A stretch of DNA of 63,273 bases, the filler included, from Rhabdomonas costata (Eukaryota), in assembly GCA_019059605.1 (NCBI GenBank). It is 38 parts of 38 records of this genome, joined end to end, with 100 filler letters (N's around TTAATTAATTAA, not from the genome) between each part and the next. Parts side by side here need not be neighbours in the genome. Positions count along the whole stretch, not along the records: positions 11,676 to 13,244 come from JAHMHO010012868.1; positions 13,345 to 14,912 come from JAHMHO010012869.1; positions 15,013 to 16,582 come from JAHMHO010012870.1; positions 16,683 to 18,250 come from JAHMHO010012871.1; positions 18,351 to 19,918 come from JAHMHO010012872.1; positions 20,019 to 21,586 come from JAHMHO010012873.1; positions 21,687 to 23,254 come from JAHMHO010012874.1; positions 23,355 to 24,922 come from JAHMHO010012875.1; 30 more parts are not named here. One strand, 5' to 3'. The notes under the pieces are model-generated. The model was given only the letters and a program-made list of their open reading frames with translations, was not told where the DNA came from and did not search any database. This document shows positions 11,676 to 23,589 of the stretch, in pieces (the stretch's first letter is position 1; each line of letters begins with the position of its first letter). Made by a program: the position numbers and the translations under genes.

Positions 11676-13127
11676 GTTGTAAGTCGCGGTGGATCATCGG
11701 CCAGACTTTGTCAGGGAGGTAATGAGTGACCACCCTTTTGCTGGTCTCCTGGTGCAGCTTGGAGGTCTGAGGGTGGATCAGGTCACGCGTGATTAGGAAC
11801 GCAGAGCTCAAAAAATATTTGCGCAAATACTATGACATGAAATCTATGAAATAAGAATTCTATTGATGCTATGACTTTTGCGCATAACGCCAGCTGATGG
11901 CGCCTTGCGTGATGCGATGCTGACGGCAAGTGGCGTCGTACTGCGCGTATAAACGCAAAAAGTGAGTCAGAGTCAGTTGAGGATTTGCGGAGCAGACGCA
12001 TTGCGATTTTGGTACCTCTTTTCATCAAACTCACCCCGCGCACACTTTGCGACATGACAAATTTCAGAAGCGCATTGCGGATCTTCAAAGGGCAGCGATC
12101 AGCCACTCCAAAGCACGCACTCCAAAAACACAGCAGGGAAGGAGAAAGATCTTGTCCCAAATTTGCTGATGGGGAGTGGGACGATCTTAAGGCTTAATCC
12201 CAAGCGTAAGACTTTATCCTGGACACAACCCTCACTGGGGGTCGGGTGCGCATTTTTGAGACCACGCAGTGTCTTGCGAAGTCTGATTCCAGCTCCCATC
12301 AGAACATGATTTGTTTCGACCTGCATTACGAGTATGTGGTTTGTAACCAGAAGCGACCTTCAACGGCGTTCCGTTCTGAGTGTGGCTTACTTACGGAGGG
12401 ACACTTTATGGCAACCGTGTGGGGGGACCAATAAAACGCCAAATTCAGGGCGGTAAAATGCGAAGCTTAAACCTCTGCAAAAAAAGGAGGCAAGGAAACG
12501 GAAGCACGCGCGGCATTGCTGCGGTGAGGATACCCTAGACATAAACCGGGTGACATCTGCGGCGTGAACGTAGATCCACTCCTGGCCGGTCTTCGGATCC
12601 TTCACCAGCGACACCGCGTCATCGACCTCGAAGGTCTCCACCGAATCGATCGCCAGCGCCCGGGCCGTGAACTCCGAGCGAAAGTTCTCAAAGGGATCCT
12701 TCGCGTGCATCACCTCTCGGTCCACATTGGAGAGCTGAGGCTCCACAAAGATGCCCTCATGCCTCCGTCGGATATAGTCCGAGCACTCATCGAAGATCTG
12801 CACCGCCCAGCAGAACGTTCAATCCCCAAAAACCCCCAAATTTGGGCGGCATACAGAAGAAATACAACGGAGGGGAGGGGTGCCGTGCAAACAGTGCCGA
12901 TTGCCCACAACATCTTAGGATCCGGATAAACCCCTGACCAAAAACTCACCACTTCACTTCTCATCGTATTGGACAACAGCGACTTCTCATAGTTGCGTAA
13001 CAGCGAACGAATGAACACATTATCCTTGGCTTTCCACCAGGGAGGGGTCGGTTGCCCCTCCTCCCATGCCATAAAGTGATAATTCACAACATTCGAGGGC
13101 AAAGCCGAAGCAGGCCCGGGGTCTTTT
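11676..13127 (-). CDS. RNase II/RNB family 3'-5' exoribonuclease (Dss1/RNase R-like), partial
   Basis: Catalytic motif AIDSVETFEVDDAVS, IYVHAADVTR and KRVVTHYLPDKVWPMI. Exons 13127-12950, 12797-about 12540 and about 11790-11676. Confidence 0.9.
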
Positions 13128-13344
13128 CTATGTACAGTGGGCCTCCCGAAACGCTGCGTGGCCGGTCCTTGCACCCTCTGGCCGGTACCCACCCGTGCCC
13201 CTTTGGCGGCTCTTCCTTTTTTATCTTGTGCCGCTTGTATCCCTNNNNNNNNNNNNNNNNNNNNNNNNNNNNNNNNNNNNNNNNNNNNTTAATTAATTAA
13301 NNNNNNNNNNNNNNNNNNNNNNNNNNNNNNNNNNNNNNNNNNNN

Positions 13345-14678
13345 GTGTTGGATGTGTTTGGGTTGTGGGGGGTCAAGAAGACCTGCTCTTGGGGCCACGC
13401 CGAGGGAGGTGGGTTTGCCGCAGGTGGTCTGGAAGCTGAAGCTTCTTGCGACCGCAGGGCGAGCCCTCTCTGCTGCTGCTGGTGCTCAGAACTTGAGGAA
13501 TACTGCCCCGCAGAAGGTTGGCCCTGGTACTGAGCCTGATACGGCTGCTGCTGCTGCTGCTGATAAGGGGTCTGAGCGTAGTCTTGAGGCTGCTGCTGCG
13601 AAGAGTAGCCCTGTTGCTGCTGCTGCTGCTGCTGCTGTGGCTGCTGGGGGTGGTTGTACTGCTGCACTTGCTGGTAGTAATTCGGTTGCGACTGGGTTTG
13701 GGCTTGGGATTGCTGCTGTTGCTGCGACGGGTAGGCCTGCTGGGGTTGTTGCGAGGACTGATAATAAGACTGAGCTTGAGATGTTGTGGCCGCGGTGGGT
13801 CGAGACTGCTGTGTGGACCCCTGCTGTGAGTAGGCGGGCTGAGTCACGGAGTACTGTGAGCTCGGCTGGGAGGGGTACTGGCCCTTTTGTTCGCAGCACA
13901 ATACAGAAAAGTCCCGCGTCAAACCAAGTACCAGCATAAATGAAAAGAAGCAGAACAAAAGCAAAGAGGCGAAAGCGGCGGCATCGTTCGGGGTTAGATT
14001 GAAGAGGAGGGGAGACAAGAGAAGGGAAGGATGTCCGAGGTATAAGACAGAGACTGGCCTTTGGTGCATATGCCATGGTAGGGTTAAGAGTGATGCATGG
14101 GAACAGCGGAATCCAAAATAGCAAGATAGATTTTCGGGGTGGGGTTGGTGAACCTGGGCCTGCTGTGCAGTGGCGGCCTGGTACTGCGATTGTGACTGAA
14201 AAAAAGCAACAAACAAAAAATCAAGTACAGGAAAAAGATCCCTGTCAAAAATGGAGAGAAAGAGAGAACGAGGAGAACTGACGTTTTGGGGCCCGAGCAC
14301 CCCCCCCCCAAGAAGACAAAAGGAACAAACCGGAGCGGCAGAAGCCTGCGACTGATAGCTGTAGCCATACGAAGAGGCATCTCCACCACTTGCAGCGTAG
14401 TTCGTGGAACCAGCAGCGGAGTAGCCGTCGTAGGAGGTCGGCGTTGCTGCGACAGCGAACGTAACAAAGAAGACCAATCGTTCGTCCTGTTCGGATGCCT
14501 GTTTGCACATGGAAGCGAAAACAAACCAGAGGAGTAGTAACCATGGTTTTGGTTTGCCGCCGCTGCCGAGCTGGTTGCTGTCTCTGAGGCCGCCACGGCC
14601 ACCCCCGCCCCCGGCGAAACGCTGTATTGGGAATAGGCGGGGTTCTGCTGGGTGGAATACGACTGATCGTAAGAATAT
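13345..14678 (-). CDS. Gln/Tyr/Ser/Gly-rich prion-like low-complexity protein (4 exons, partial)
   Basis: Exons 14678-14527, 14446-14331, 14195-14154 and 13883-13345 join with phase-compatible GT-AG introns; poly-Q tracts. Confidence 0.8.
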
Positions 14679-15480
14679 CTATGGCGTGAAAAAAAGCACA
14701 TCGAAACTGGAACGTGATTTTGACAAAGGAAGCTGCAGGAAGGTGCAGGAGCACGTACGTTGCACTGCTGGCAGAGGAACCATATGCCTGGGAGGAGGTT
14801 GAAGAAGTGCTGGAAGCAGCCGAAGGATACCCACTATAACAAAATTACAGAATGCGACAATAGAACAGGTAAGGGCTGCCAAGTCACCACAAAACCCAAC
14901 CACACCCAACACNNNNNNNNNNNNNNNNNNNNNNNNNNNNNNNNNNNNNNNNNNNNTTAATTAATTAANNNNNNNNNNNNNNNNNNNNNNNNNNNNNNNN
15001 NNNNNNNNNNNNGGTGGTGGGGCGAGGGGAGCGATGGGGCTCTGGCTCAGTGCTGGTGTATGTCTCTGTGTAACCAAACAATTCGTACCGCATCGCCACT
15101 GACACTGTGATCGCGCAGACGGTTTGCAATCTGGGTGCTTGGTTTCCAAACCTTGCATACTCCACGACATAATGGCCAACATTTTGACTTAAATGGGATT
15201 CGACGTTGCTAAGTTCAGCTCATCTTTCTGGGATGCACGGATGTTTCCAACTGTGTGTGTGTGTGTGTGTGTGTGGATGGGCACGGCGCACACTCTCATC
15301 CCAATGCCCGTCGTGTTGTCCAGCACGAACAGCAGCACCGTGAACGTGCCAAAAAAACCAACAGGTGTGCAGAACAAGCAGCACAAGGACACGCCACAGC
15401 ACACCGCGCCAAGGCGCCCTGTGTGTGTGGACATCAGCTTGGTTTTTCGCTTCTGCCTTTTGATATGGCACGAGTACTAC

Positions 15481-16456
15481 CTGGGGAGGGTCCAGCTCAA
15501 AGAAGCCCCGGAGCCACGGCGCGGCCAGGCCCCACACCGCAGAGGTGCCCGCTACCGCACCGTCGCCCAGCACTTCCGCCCCCCACCGGACGGCCTCCGC
15601 AAGGACCTGCTGGTCATCATCCGCTACGGCAACCGGCTCCCCAACGGCCACGTCGAAGTGCTCCGCGGCAGAGCTGAGGTATCCACAACAAAAAACTTTT
15701 TACCGCTGGACACCTGCAAAACTGTCAGTGACGACGGAAAATGTTACCAAAAGCAATCGAAATTTGAAAAAAAATTCAATCTTCACGAGAGGGAACAGCC
15801 TTAACTGCAGTGAATAGGGGCCCTATGCGTCCGCAGCTGCGGCAATGCTAACGAATCAGTAAATGCTCTACGCAGCTGCAGACAGGCAGGAACGTCACAA
15901 TGCCCATGTGGGCTTGAGCAAGAGAATCGGCGAGCAATGAATGTCAAATCACAGCCCTTCCGGTTTATAAACAAAATGGGATGGCGGATGCGTGTTGTGC
16001 TCTATTGTCAGTGAAAGTCCCTGGAGTTGGTACATCCACAACACCAAAAAGCTGGTCGACGAACACGTTAGGGACAGTATTTCGATGCCTTCCTGCGCTC
16101 AAATGCAGAGTGTACCGGGCAGCGGCACAGCCTTGGCGGCTCGCGCACTGCAGCAGCACCCAGCACAGCTGCAGGGCCACAGCCGGGGGAACGCACGGCG
16201 GCACTGAAGCTGAGGATGAAGGGGCCCGACGCAGGCTCAGCAGGGCAGGGGTCACAGTGTGGCAAAAAAGGGCCCACAGGGCCTTGTTTCCGTCAGCGGC
16301 GGGATCTATTCCAGGCTGCGGCATGGTGAGCTCACAGAGCTCGGCCACAAGGCTGGTCGTACAGCTCAGGCAGGCCTGTGCGCAAATCAGATGATGAGTA
16401 CGATGGAAGGAAGAGGTTGCCAGCCACTCAAATACGTCAGACACAGAATTATCCAA
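15481..16456 (-). CDS. Hypothetical helical protein (exons about 16456-16116, 15673-15481)
   Basis: Phase-2 GT-AG join ...GCAAAR|SAAEHFDVAV...; GC3-rich; no domain recognised. Confidence 0.5.
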
Positions 16457-16853
16457 ATAGACTGGTTCACCAGGGGTACAGATTGAAAAATGTTACGGGC
16501 CTTCGTTATCCATTGTGTCGATGAAGAATTGGGGTTGCTGTTATCATGCTCATCCACCAGGAAAGCGGGTCTAAGCCCGGAGNNNNNNNNNNNNNNNNNN
16601 NNNNNNNNNNNNNNNNNNNNNNNNNNTTAATTAATTAANNNNNNNNNNNNNNNNNNNNNNNNNNNNNNNNNNNNNNNNNNNNAACACTGCAACCAAAGCC
16701 TAAAATGGGAATGGGGGGGGGGGCGCTAGAGATGTCGTCAGCGGTACAGGTATGTCCCTTCACGTTGATTTTTGCTCCTCACCTGATTGAGTCGCTGCCC
16801 TCCCAGTCCCCAGTTCAAATAGTTCGCATTGCTTTCTCTATTTCTCACTGCAG

Positions 16854-17488
16854 AACTCCGAAGGCGCTACCCCACTGCACGACGCAGCCTTCCATTGCCG
16901 TTCCCAGGCCTTTGCTGCGCTGCTGGCCGCCGGGGCCGATGTGAATGCTCAGGTCGGCCTTTGTGCGCTGTAGCGGTGGACGTGGCGCTGCCAACTCTCA
17001 ACAATGACAGCTGTGGCAGATATCAGCAGAGGCTGTGCGTGTCTGCGTGTGTATATATGTACTGGCCGCTCTTTTTTGCCCTTTTCTTGTTGCGGGTTCT
17101 CTCTTGTGGGCTATCATTGAGGTGGCCCTTCGGGCATCTCTGCCTGTGCACGTGTCGTCTCTGGTTCTCTATGGAATACGCCGTCTCTGTGACTTTTTTG
17201 CCCTTTTTCCGCATGTGCCTGTGCCCTGCACATGTTTCTCTGGTGCTTCTTTTGGCTTGCCTGCAGGATGGCAAGAGCCGCACAGTGGTGTACCGCGCGG
17301 TAGATGGTTCACACTGGGATATCCTGCCCCTTGTACTGGACAAGGCTACTGAGCTGCAGTTGGACCTCAGCGTGGCCAGCGACAGCACCTGCGGGGCCGA
17401 CACCGTTCTTCACCTCGCGATACAGAACGGCGCACCCTTAGCGATTGTGGAGAGGCTGATTTCTCTGGGAGCCCCCGTCTCTTCGAAG
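16854..17488 (+). CDS. Ankyrin repeat protein, partial
   Basis: Exon 16854-16952 is exactly one repeat (NSEGATPLHDAA...LLAAGADVNAQ); exon 17267-17488 contains DTVLHLAIQNG...LISLGAPVSSK. Confidence 0.9.
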
Positions 17489-18350
17489 GCACGGCCTGCC
17501 CCGTGCCCCTGCCTTCCCGCACTGTGTGGATGTTTGCCGTCCTGCCTCAAACACACGAAATCGGCCAAAAAAAAAGGCCTTACGAACCGACACAGCAGCG
17601 AGGGCGGTAGGGCCTGTGGGAAGACAGGGGGTTGGGGCCGCTGGTACCGCTTTGGGCGGCAGGTTGGTGACATTTGCTTACTGTACGAATGTCATTTGCC
17701 TTTCCTGAGCAGTCGGAGCAGCCCTTGTGAAAGCGGTGCATCCATGGGCATGAGTGTATCCCCTCCCCCCGAATAGGACTGAAAATCTACATTATGAAGG
17801 CTCCTTGTTTGTTAGAAACCAATGGAAATATAATAACTCATATTTGAGCTACAGCACACTTCGCGGATGGAAGCAGGGCGGCCTCTGGGCTACCGCTGGG
17901 CAATGCCTGTCCCGCACAGCAGCGACAGCGTCGGTGCTCTGCAAAATTCCATTAGCTGGTCTCCCAGCAGGCGGGGGAGGGGTACGGAACATCCTGCAGG
18001 GAGACGCTCAGGAGAACGGAGTAATGCTGCGATTGAAAATGGGCAGTGCCAGCAAACCACTGTAAGAGCATTCACCCCCACACGCACACCTACCTTTCTG
18101 AAGTGTGTGATTGTTTGATTGTTTTCGAGTTTCCACACACTGGGCTTTAGACGCTCCCGACCGCTGTGGTAGGCCGCTCTTTGCCCGATAAGGGAAAAAC
18201 ACATGCCGCCACCGACCTGCCTCGATTTTTTTCCATTTGCCCACAACACANNNNNNNNNNNNNNNNNNNNNNNNNNNNNNNNNNNNNNNNNNNNTTAATT
18301 AATTAANNNNNNNNNNNNNNNNNNNNNNNNNNNNNNNNNNNNNNNNNNNN

Positions 18351-19918
18351 TGTGGGTGGTTTTGAAGGAGACCTCAGCGTCCCACATTGTGGGAGACGAC
18401 CTCCTCTGTCCCTCCGAGGGCCGTGGCTCTGTTATGGTTGAGGATATGTGGAAGACTCACCCCAAGTATGGGTGGGCGCACTCTTTGTCTCCACACCCTC
18501 TCCTGGTGTTTCCGCATCAGCTGAGTCGAGTCAAGGAGCGTGTGGCCTTTGAGCTTGGGAACAATATGACTGCCGCCGCGGTCACTGTGCTGTTTCAGGT
18601 CCGTCGAACTGTTCTGAACAATGCTGACGACTGGGCAGGGTTTGCTACCCTAGTGGATGCGCCTTTGCTGCAAGGTTGGGGTTCGGACTACTTGGTCAGT
18701 GGAGCAGTGGGCTTCCTCACTCCCCGATGGGAAACGGGTGATTCCACCGGTTGAATGGCAGCACGCCGCGGTACCTGGGAATTTTGCCGCTGTTGCGCTG
18801 ACGATCTCCCGGAGGCAAGCTTCGGCCGATACTCCGCCCTCCTTCAGAAAGATTGGCACTCACCCTCCGGTCGCTGAGCTCCAGGCTAAGGCACGTGCGG
18901 GGCTGGCGCGTGTTATGGTGGAGATCGACCTGGCTCAACGCCCTCACCCTCAGCGGATGTCTCTTACCAGCTTTGGTCGTCGGGCGCTGGCCGATCTGCT
19001 GGCTCAGACCCCGGCCTTTGGTGGCCAACCCAGTCTTCCTCTCCAAGGTTTGCGACTCCAGGGGGACATGCTCTCGGGCTTCGCAGACATTCCGGATTCT
19101 CGGGCTGGCGCCTTGCTTCGCGTTTCGGGGTCGAGGTGTTCGAGGTGTCTTTCTGTTCGAGGTGTCTTTGCCCGGCATGGGTATCGGGCGGGGACGCCTT
19201 CCCCCCACCTTCGGGATTTTGTGCAACCTCCCATCGTGTAGTATGGGCTAAGGTCCATCGCTATAGTGACTTGATCTACGCCGCACTGAAGAACGATACG
19301 GTTTCGTTCGATGGGCTGGTTTGCCCCCGCCGCTGCGGCGAAGTGGGGGTACGGCTCCCTGCTAGACAGGATGTTGCTGCCATGGTCAAGTGTCTCACCG
19401 ATGGCTTCTCTGCAACGGTGAAGTCCGATGCTCTGCGCCGCGTTACCCTTCGGGCGGAGGAGGTCCCACTTTCCCTCCTTGAGAAGCTACCCATGGTGCT
19501 CTCTCGTTTGGGCGCCGACTTCCATTTGCTGGGTTCGCGGGTGATCCGTGCCTCCTCCTATTCCGCGGTGATCGAGTTGGAGGTTGCGTGCGCCACTCCC
19601 GTCCCTGCTGATTCATGCTGGCGACTTAACGACCTGGGTATTCGCCCGGTGGTAGTTCGTCGTCTTCCTCCTCGGGGGTTGAAACCTTCTGTGTCTCGGC
19701 TTTCCCCAGCTGATCCCCTTCCCCGACCCGGGAACCCACTGACCCAGGTTCAGCGGCACTCCTGGGCTGAGGTTGCGCGCGGTAATCTGCCGACCGTACC
19801 TTCTCCGCCCGAGGCTGCAAGCGGTGCCTCGCCGGCACCGCAACCTTCCCACGTGATGCTTTCCGAGGATGCAGAAATTCCCTCGCGATCTTCCAAGCGG
19901 AGGCCGAAGGCTGCAGCA
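18351..19918 (+). mobile_element. Decayed intronless ORF, probable non-LTR retrotransposon ORF1/gag-like
   Basis: About 1.5 kb intronless coding-like run broken by frameshifts and a local duplication (ttcgaggtgtcttt x2, about 19139-19169). ARVMVEIDL and SWAEVARG resemble LINE ORF1 motifs. Confidence 0.45.
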
Positions 19919-20026
19919 NNNNNNNNNNNNNNNNNNNNNNNNNNNNNNNNNNNNNNNNNNNNTTAATTAATTAANNNNNNNNNNNNNNNNNNNNNNNNNN
20001 NNNNNNNNNNNNNNNNNNGTTTTGTT

Positions 20027-20130
20027 GGAAGGAGGGTTTCTTGGTATACTATGGTCCAGCCGGGCCATGGGCCTGGCCTATAGAGCCCATGGCCCGGCTG
20101 GACCATAGTATACCAAGAAACCCTCCTTCC
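20027..20130. repeat. Contig-terminal inverted repeat, 46-bp perfect arms, 12-nt loop
   Basis: 20027-20072 is the reverse complement of 20085-20130. Confidence 0.95.
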
Positions 20131-20428
20131 TACAAATGCGCAAGCACCTCATCAGTCAGCGGTGCAGGCGAAAGCATCCTTCACCAGGTGTCCGGAGAAC
20201 CGTATGTGAAAATGATGGCAGTGAAGTTGACGGGGAGAGGATGAGAAAAGACTGAGGCCAATGAAAACCCTGTGCCATTAAGGCTGATTTCTCCAATGAC
20301 TGGCATTGCATACTAAAAAACCACTCTGACCACTTTGTGGACGGTGGGTTAAAAGGGAGTGGAGACGACCGGGAGTTTGTTTGTGTGCATGTGAGAGTGC
20401 CTCTCTTCGACCCTCGTATGACGCGCAC

Positions 20429-21571
20429 CGGAAGAAGCATCGCAACTGCGTGTACGTCAGTGCGGTGTCGCGACCGCGGAAGATCTTCGCGACGAATGTC
20501 CCGCCCTCCTTCAGCACAAACGTGGTGATCGTCAGGGCGGACAGCAGTAGCTGCGCCTGCATGTACTCGTCAATGTCGTGCATCCCCGTGACGTCGGGAG
20601 CGCCGTCGCACACCACCAAATCCTGGGGGGGAAGGGGGGAAGGGCACCCTTACTGCCACACCTTTCTCAAACTCACCATTACTCAACAGTACATCACGTT
20701 CTGTAAACCCGAGCCCCCACCATTTGGCTGTGTGGGTGTGTCTGTCGCCAACAATTACGGGCTGTTGCTAGTATTGGTAATTTCGCTTTTTTTTTGGCAC
20801 GCATGGTCAGCTTGACCCGGACGTCAATCGGATTAGATATCTCGCAGAACAAAGCAGACTCTTAGGGTGCTGCTGGAGGAAAGGAAAATGTGCTTTGATC
20901 ACCCAGGGTGCGGGCTGCGCAAAGGGGGGGCACTTCAGAAAATGCACCATTGAAGAGCGGCACACCAACATCCAAACAGACTGACGCAGAGAAAGTGAGA
21001 AAGCTTGGGAGGAGACCGCCTTGTGCCCTCCACAGAGCTCAATGATCCGCTCGGCGGTCTCCGTGGAGGTGATGTCGCCCTGCAACAGGTGTACTCCTGC
21101 GCGTCACAATCCCAACCCTCATCTCTCCCATCACTTGGGTGTCAGACGTCACCCCCACCTGCGACGGATGCACTCTGCAAATTAAGCACCAAGATGGGAT
21201 GACGGATACTTTTCAAATCGCTTTCCAATGAATGGCAAAGAAAAGGGTGGGAACTGGCGTCGCTATTGGGGATATATCATTTGCTTGGAATATTCAACAC
21301 TTTGTGCCATTGTGTGAAGGCTCAAACTCCTACCAACCTAACTAGAAGTGCAGCACTGCCCAGCGAGGTGCGCGCATGTGAATGTGCGGATTAGGTCCTC
21401 ACTCAGTTCCCCTTGCATACACTAGCCTGGGATGGGGGCCATCTCCTGCAAGTCGACAGCGACGATGCTGACTCCATCGTCTGGGGACGATGCCGTACTC
21501 TCGCCGATTGAGTGCGCGCCACTCGCGGAGGCCTCCGTCCCCGATCCGCGGCGAAGCTCGCGAGAGAGCAC
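20429..21571 (-). CDS. TRM7: tRNA (cytidine32/guanosine34-2'-O)-methyltransferase, FtsJ family, partial
   Basis: Exons 21571-21427, 21096-21017 and 20622-20429 give VLSREL...[24 protein letters not shown]...[27 protein letters not shown]...[11 protein letters not shown]. Confidence 0.93.
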
Positions 21572-23354
21572 CTGTAACCCCCCACANNNNNNNNNNNNNN
21601 NNNNNNNNNNNNNNNNNNNNNNNNNNNNNNTTAATTAATTAANNNNNNNNNNNNNNNNNNNNNNNNNNNNNNNNNNNNNNNNNNNNCTTGTCTGCATCTC
21701 TATCACGGGGAGAATGGATTAATAAGTGAGCGAGTGAGTATGCAAATGATCAGCGCGGTGCTTGGGGGACAACTTTTTTCCGCTGCTCAACCTCTCAACG
21801 GGAGTATAACAGAAATTTAACTCGGAAATGTCTAACATCTCACTTGAGAACGAGAAGTTGACATTCGAAGGGTGTTGTGCGGGGATGGGGTCGTGCCGAA
21901 TCGGATCAAATAACAGAGAATATTCAAGAGAGAGAGTGTGTGAGTTAGCGGCGTGGGTGAGAGGCATACGCAGTTGCCAAGGCGAACTTGTCATACAACT
22001 CCGTGGTGGTGATGCGGCACATCCGGGGCGGGGGGGGGTGGGAACGGCTATGCTGTCCTTCGGAAGGCTGCCCCCCAGTCGCCACGGTGAGGTCAGCCTC
22101 GCTAACCACAGTAAGCCTGAAGCATCACGATTATCGATGCAACTGTCAAAGTTCGAAGCCCCAATCGTTGCTGTGCGCAGCACTGCACTCAACAACATTT
22201 GATGCAACCCGGATTCTCGGAATTCCCAAACAACGAGCAACACCAGTCGGAATCATCAGGCCGTGTCCTTCAGCTAAAGTGAAGATCCCTTTTCCTCTTC
22301 CCTTTTCATTAGCATTGAAACCCAAAGGAAAATGTAAGGAATGTTCCACTTATGGGTGCGCTCATTAAGGAGTTATGAGAAAAAGCGGAGAGAGAATGAC
22401 ATTGGGCACAGCGGAATGATGGAAAAAATGCAGAGAGCACGCATGTCCCAAAGACGCAAAGACACAAACCATCCCGCCGAGTCGGTTGGGCGGGACAGCC
22501 CCTCGGGGGGCTCTTCGTCATACAGGCCATGGGCCTGCTCGCCATCACCTTGCATCGCTGGGAGGAATGTCAGCTGTATCATTCCATCACAGACATAACG
22601 TAGTAGAGTGTATGAAAATAACCGAAACAGGGCACACGCGTACCAAGGAGTCGTTATGTGGCAACCAGTTCCTAGATTTCCCACCCCATCCCAATGACAG
22701 GCAATGTCCTAAAAAGACAAGCCCCACAAAGCACCCGGATGCAGATGCAACGGGAAAGGGCAATGCGGATTTGTGGATAAATGAAACTTGGGCATTGCCG
22801 AGGTGCCCGTGTGGTAGGGGCGAGAAGAAAAGGTAGAAAGATACCTCATCCTCAGCGCCGTGGACAGATGGAAGCTCCCATGCATTCACAACATACAAAA
22901 CAACAGGCAAGGCGCTGGATCAACCTGCTCCAACAAGGCTGCACAGCAAAGCACACCCGAACTGCAAACTGCCAACTTCCAGTTGAGTGATGCTGGGATG
23001 CCGTTGCCTCCAGCTTAATCAGCTCCATCAGAAAGGCCAAAATTTAATATACACGTCAACATTTACCGTCCGGGGACGTCCATCAGAAAGTCCAAAATTT
23101 AATATACATGGCCCCAGAAAATTTTTTCTCTTCAATCACTGCAAATCAATGATGAAGAGTGATAACATTGGATACGAATCACCAACGAAAACCAGGATTA
23201 CAAGCGTTGCATTCGGAAGAACGCAGCTTTGCGTCTGAAATATCACCACAAACCNNNNNNNNNNNNNNNNNNNNNNNNNNNNNNNNNNNNNNNNNNNNTT
23301 AATTAATTAANNNNNNNNNNNNNNNNNNNNNNNNNNNNNNNNNNNNNNNNNNNN

Positions 23355-23589
23355 CAATGCCTTCCACGGCCTTCACCAGCTGTACACTTGCTAGTTTGCG
23401 CTTCATTCACGGGAAAAGGGAGAGGGGCCGTGAATCAGCGAAGTCGCGTAGCGGAAGAGGTAAAGAAGAAACAGAGATAGAGACAGAAAGAGAGAGCACA
23501 ATCACCAATGGTGAAAAGGACTGCACCGCTCGAGCCTGCACGGAGGAAATCACGTTTGAGACGGCATGCGACCCAGAGCCCTCAAGCAT
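23355..23589 (-). CDS. Possible DRB0094/Rnl5-family RNA ligase, N-terminal fragment
   Basis: 23400-23355 encodes RKLASVQLVKAVEGI, resembling the family start (RKLASIQ.I..I.PI). It either starts at ATG 23406 or is spliced to exon 23589-23506. Only 15 diagnostic residues precede the contig end. Confidence 0.45.

Noticed and set aside
15300-15480. GT-CG intron before FTVLLFVLDNTT
   Set aside because: A canonical cacag acceptor gives an in-phase terminal exon, so no unusual site is needed.
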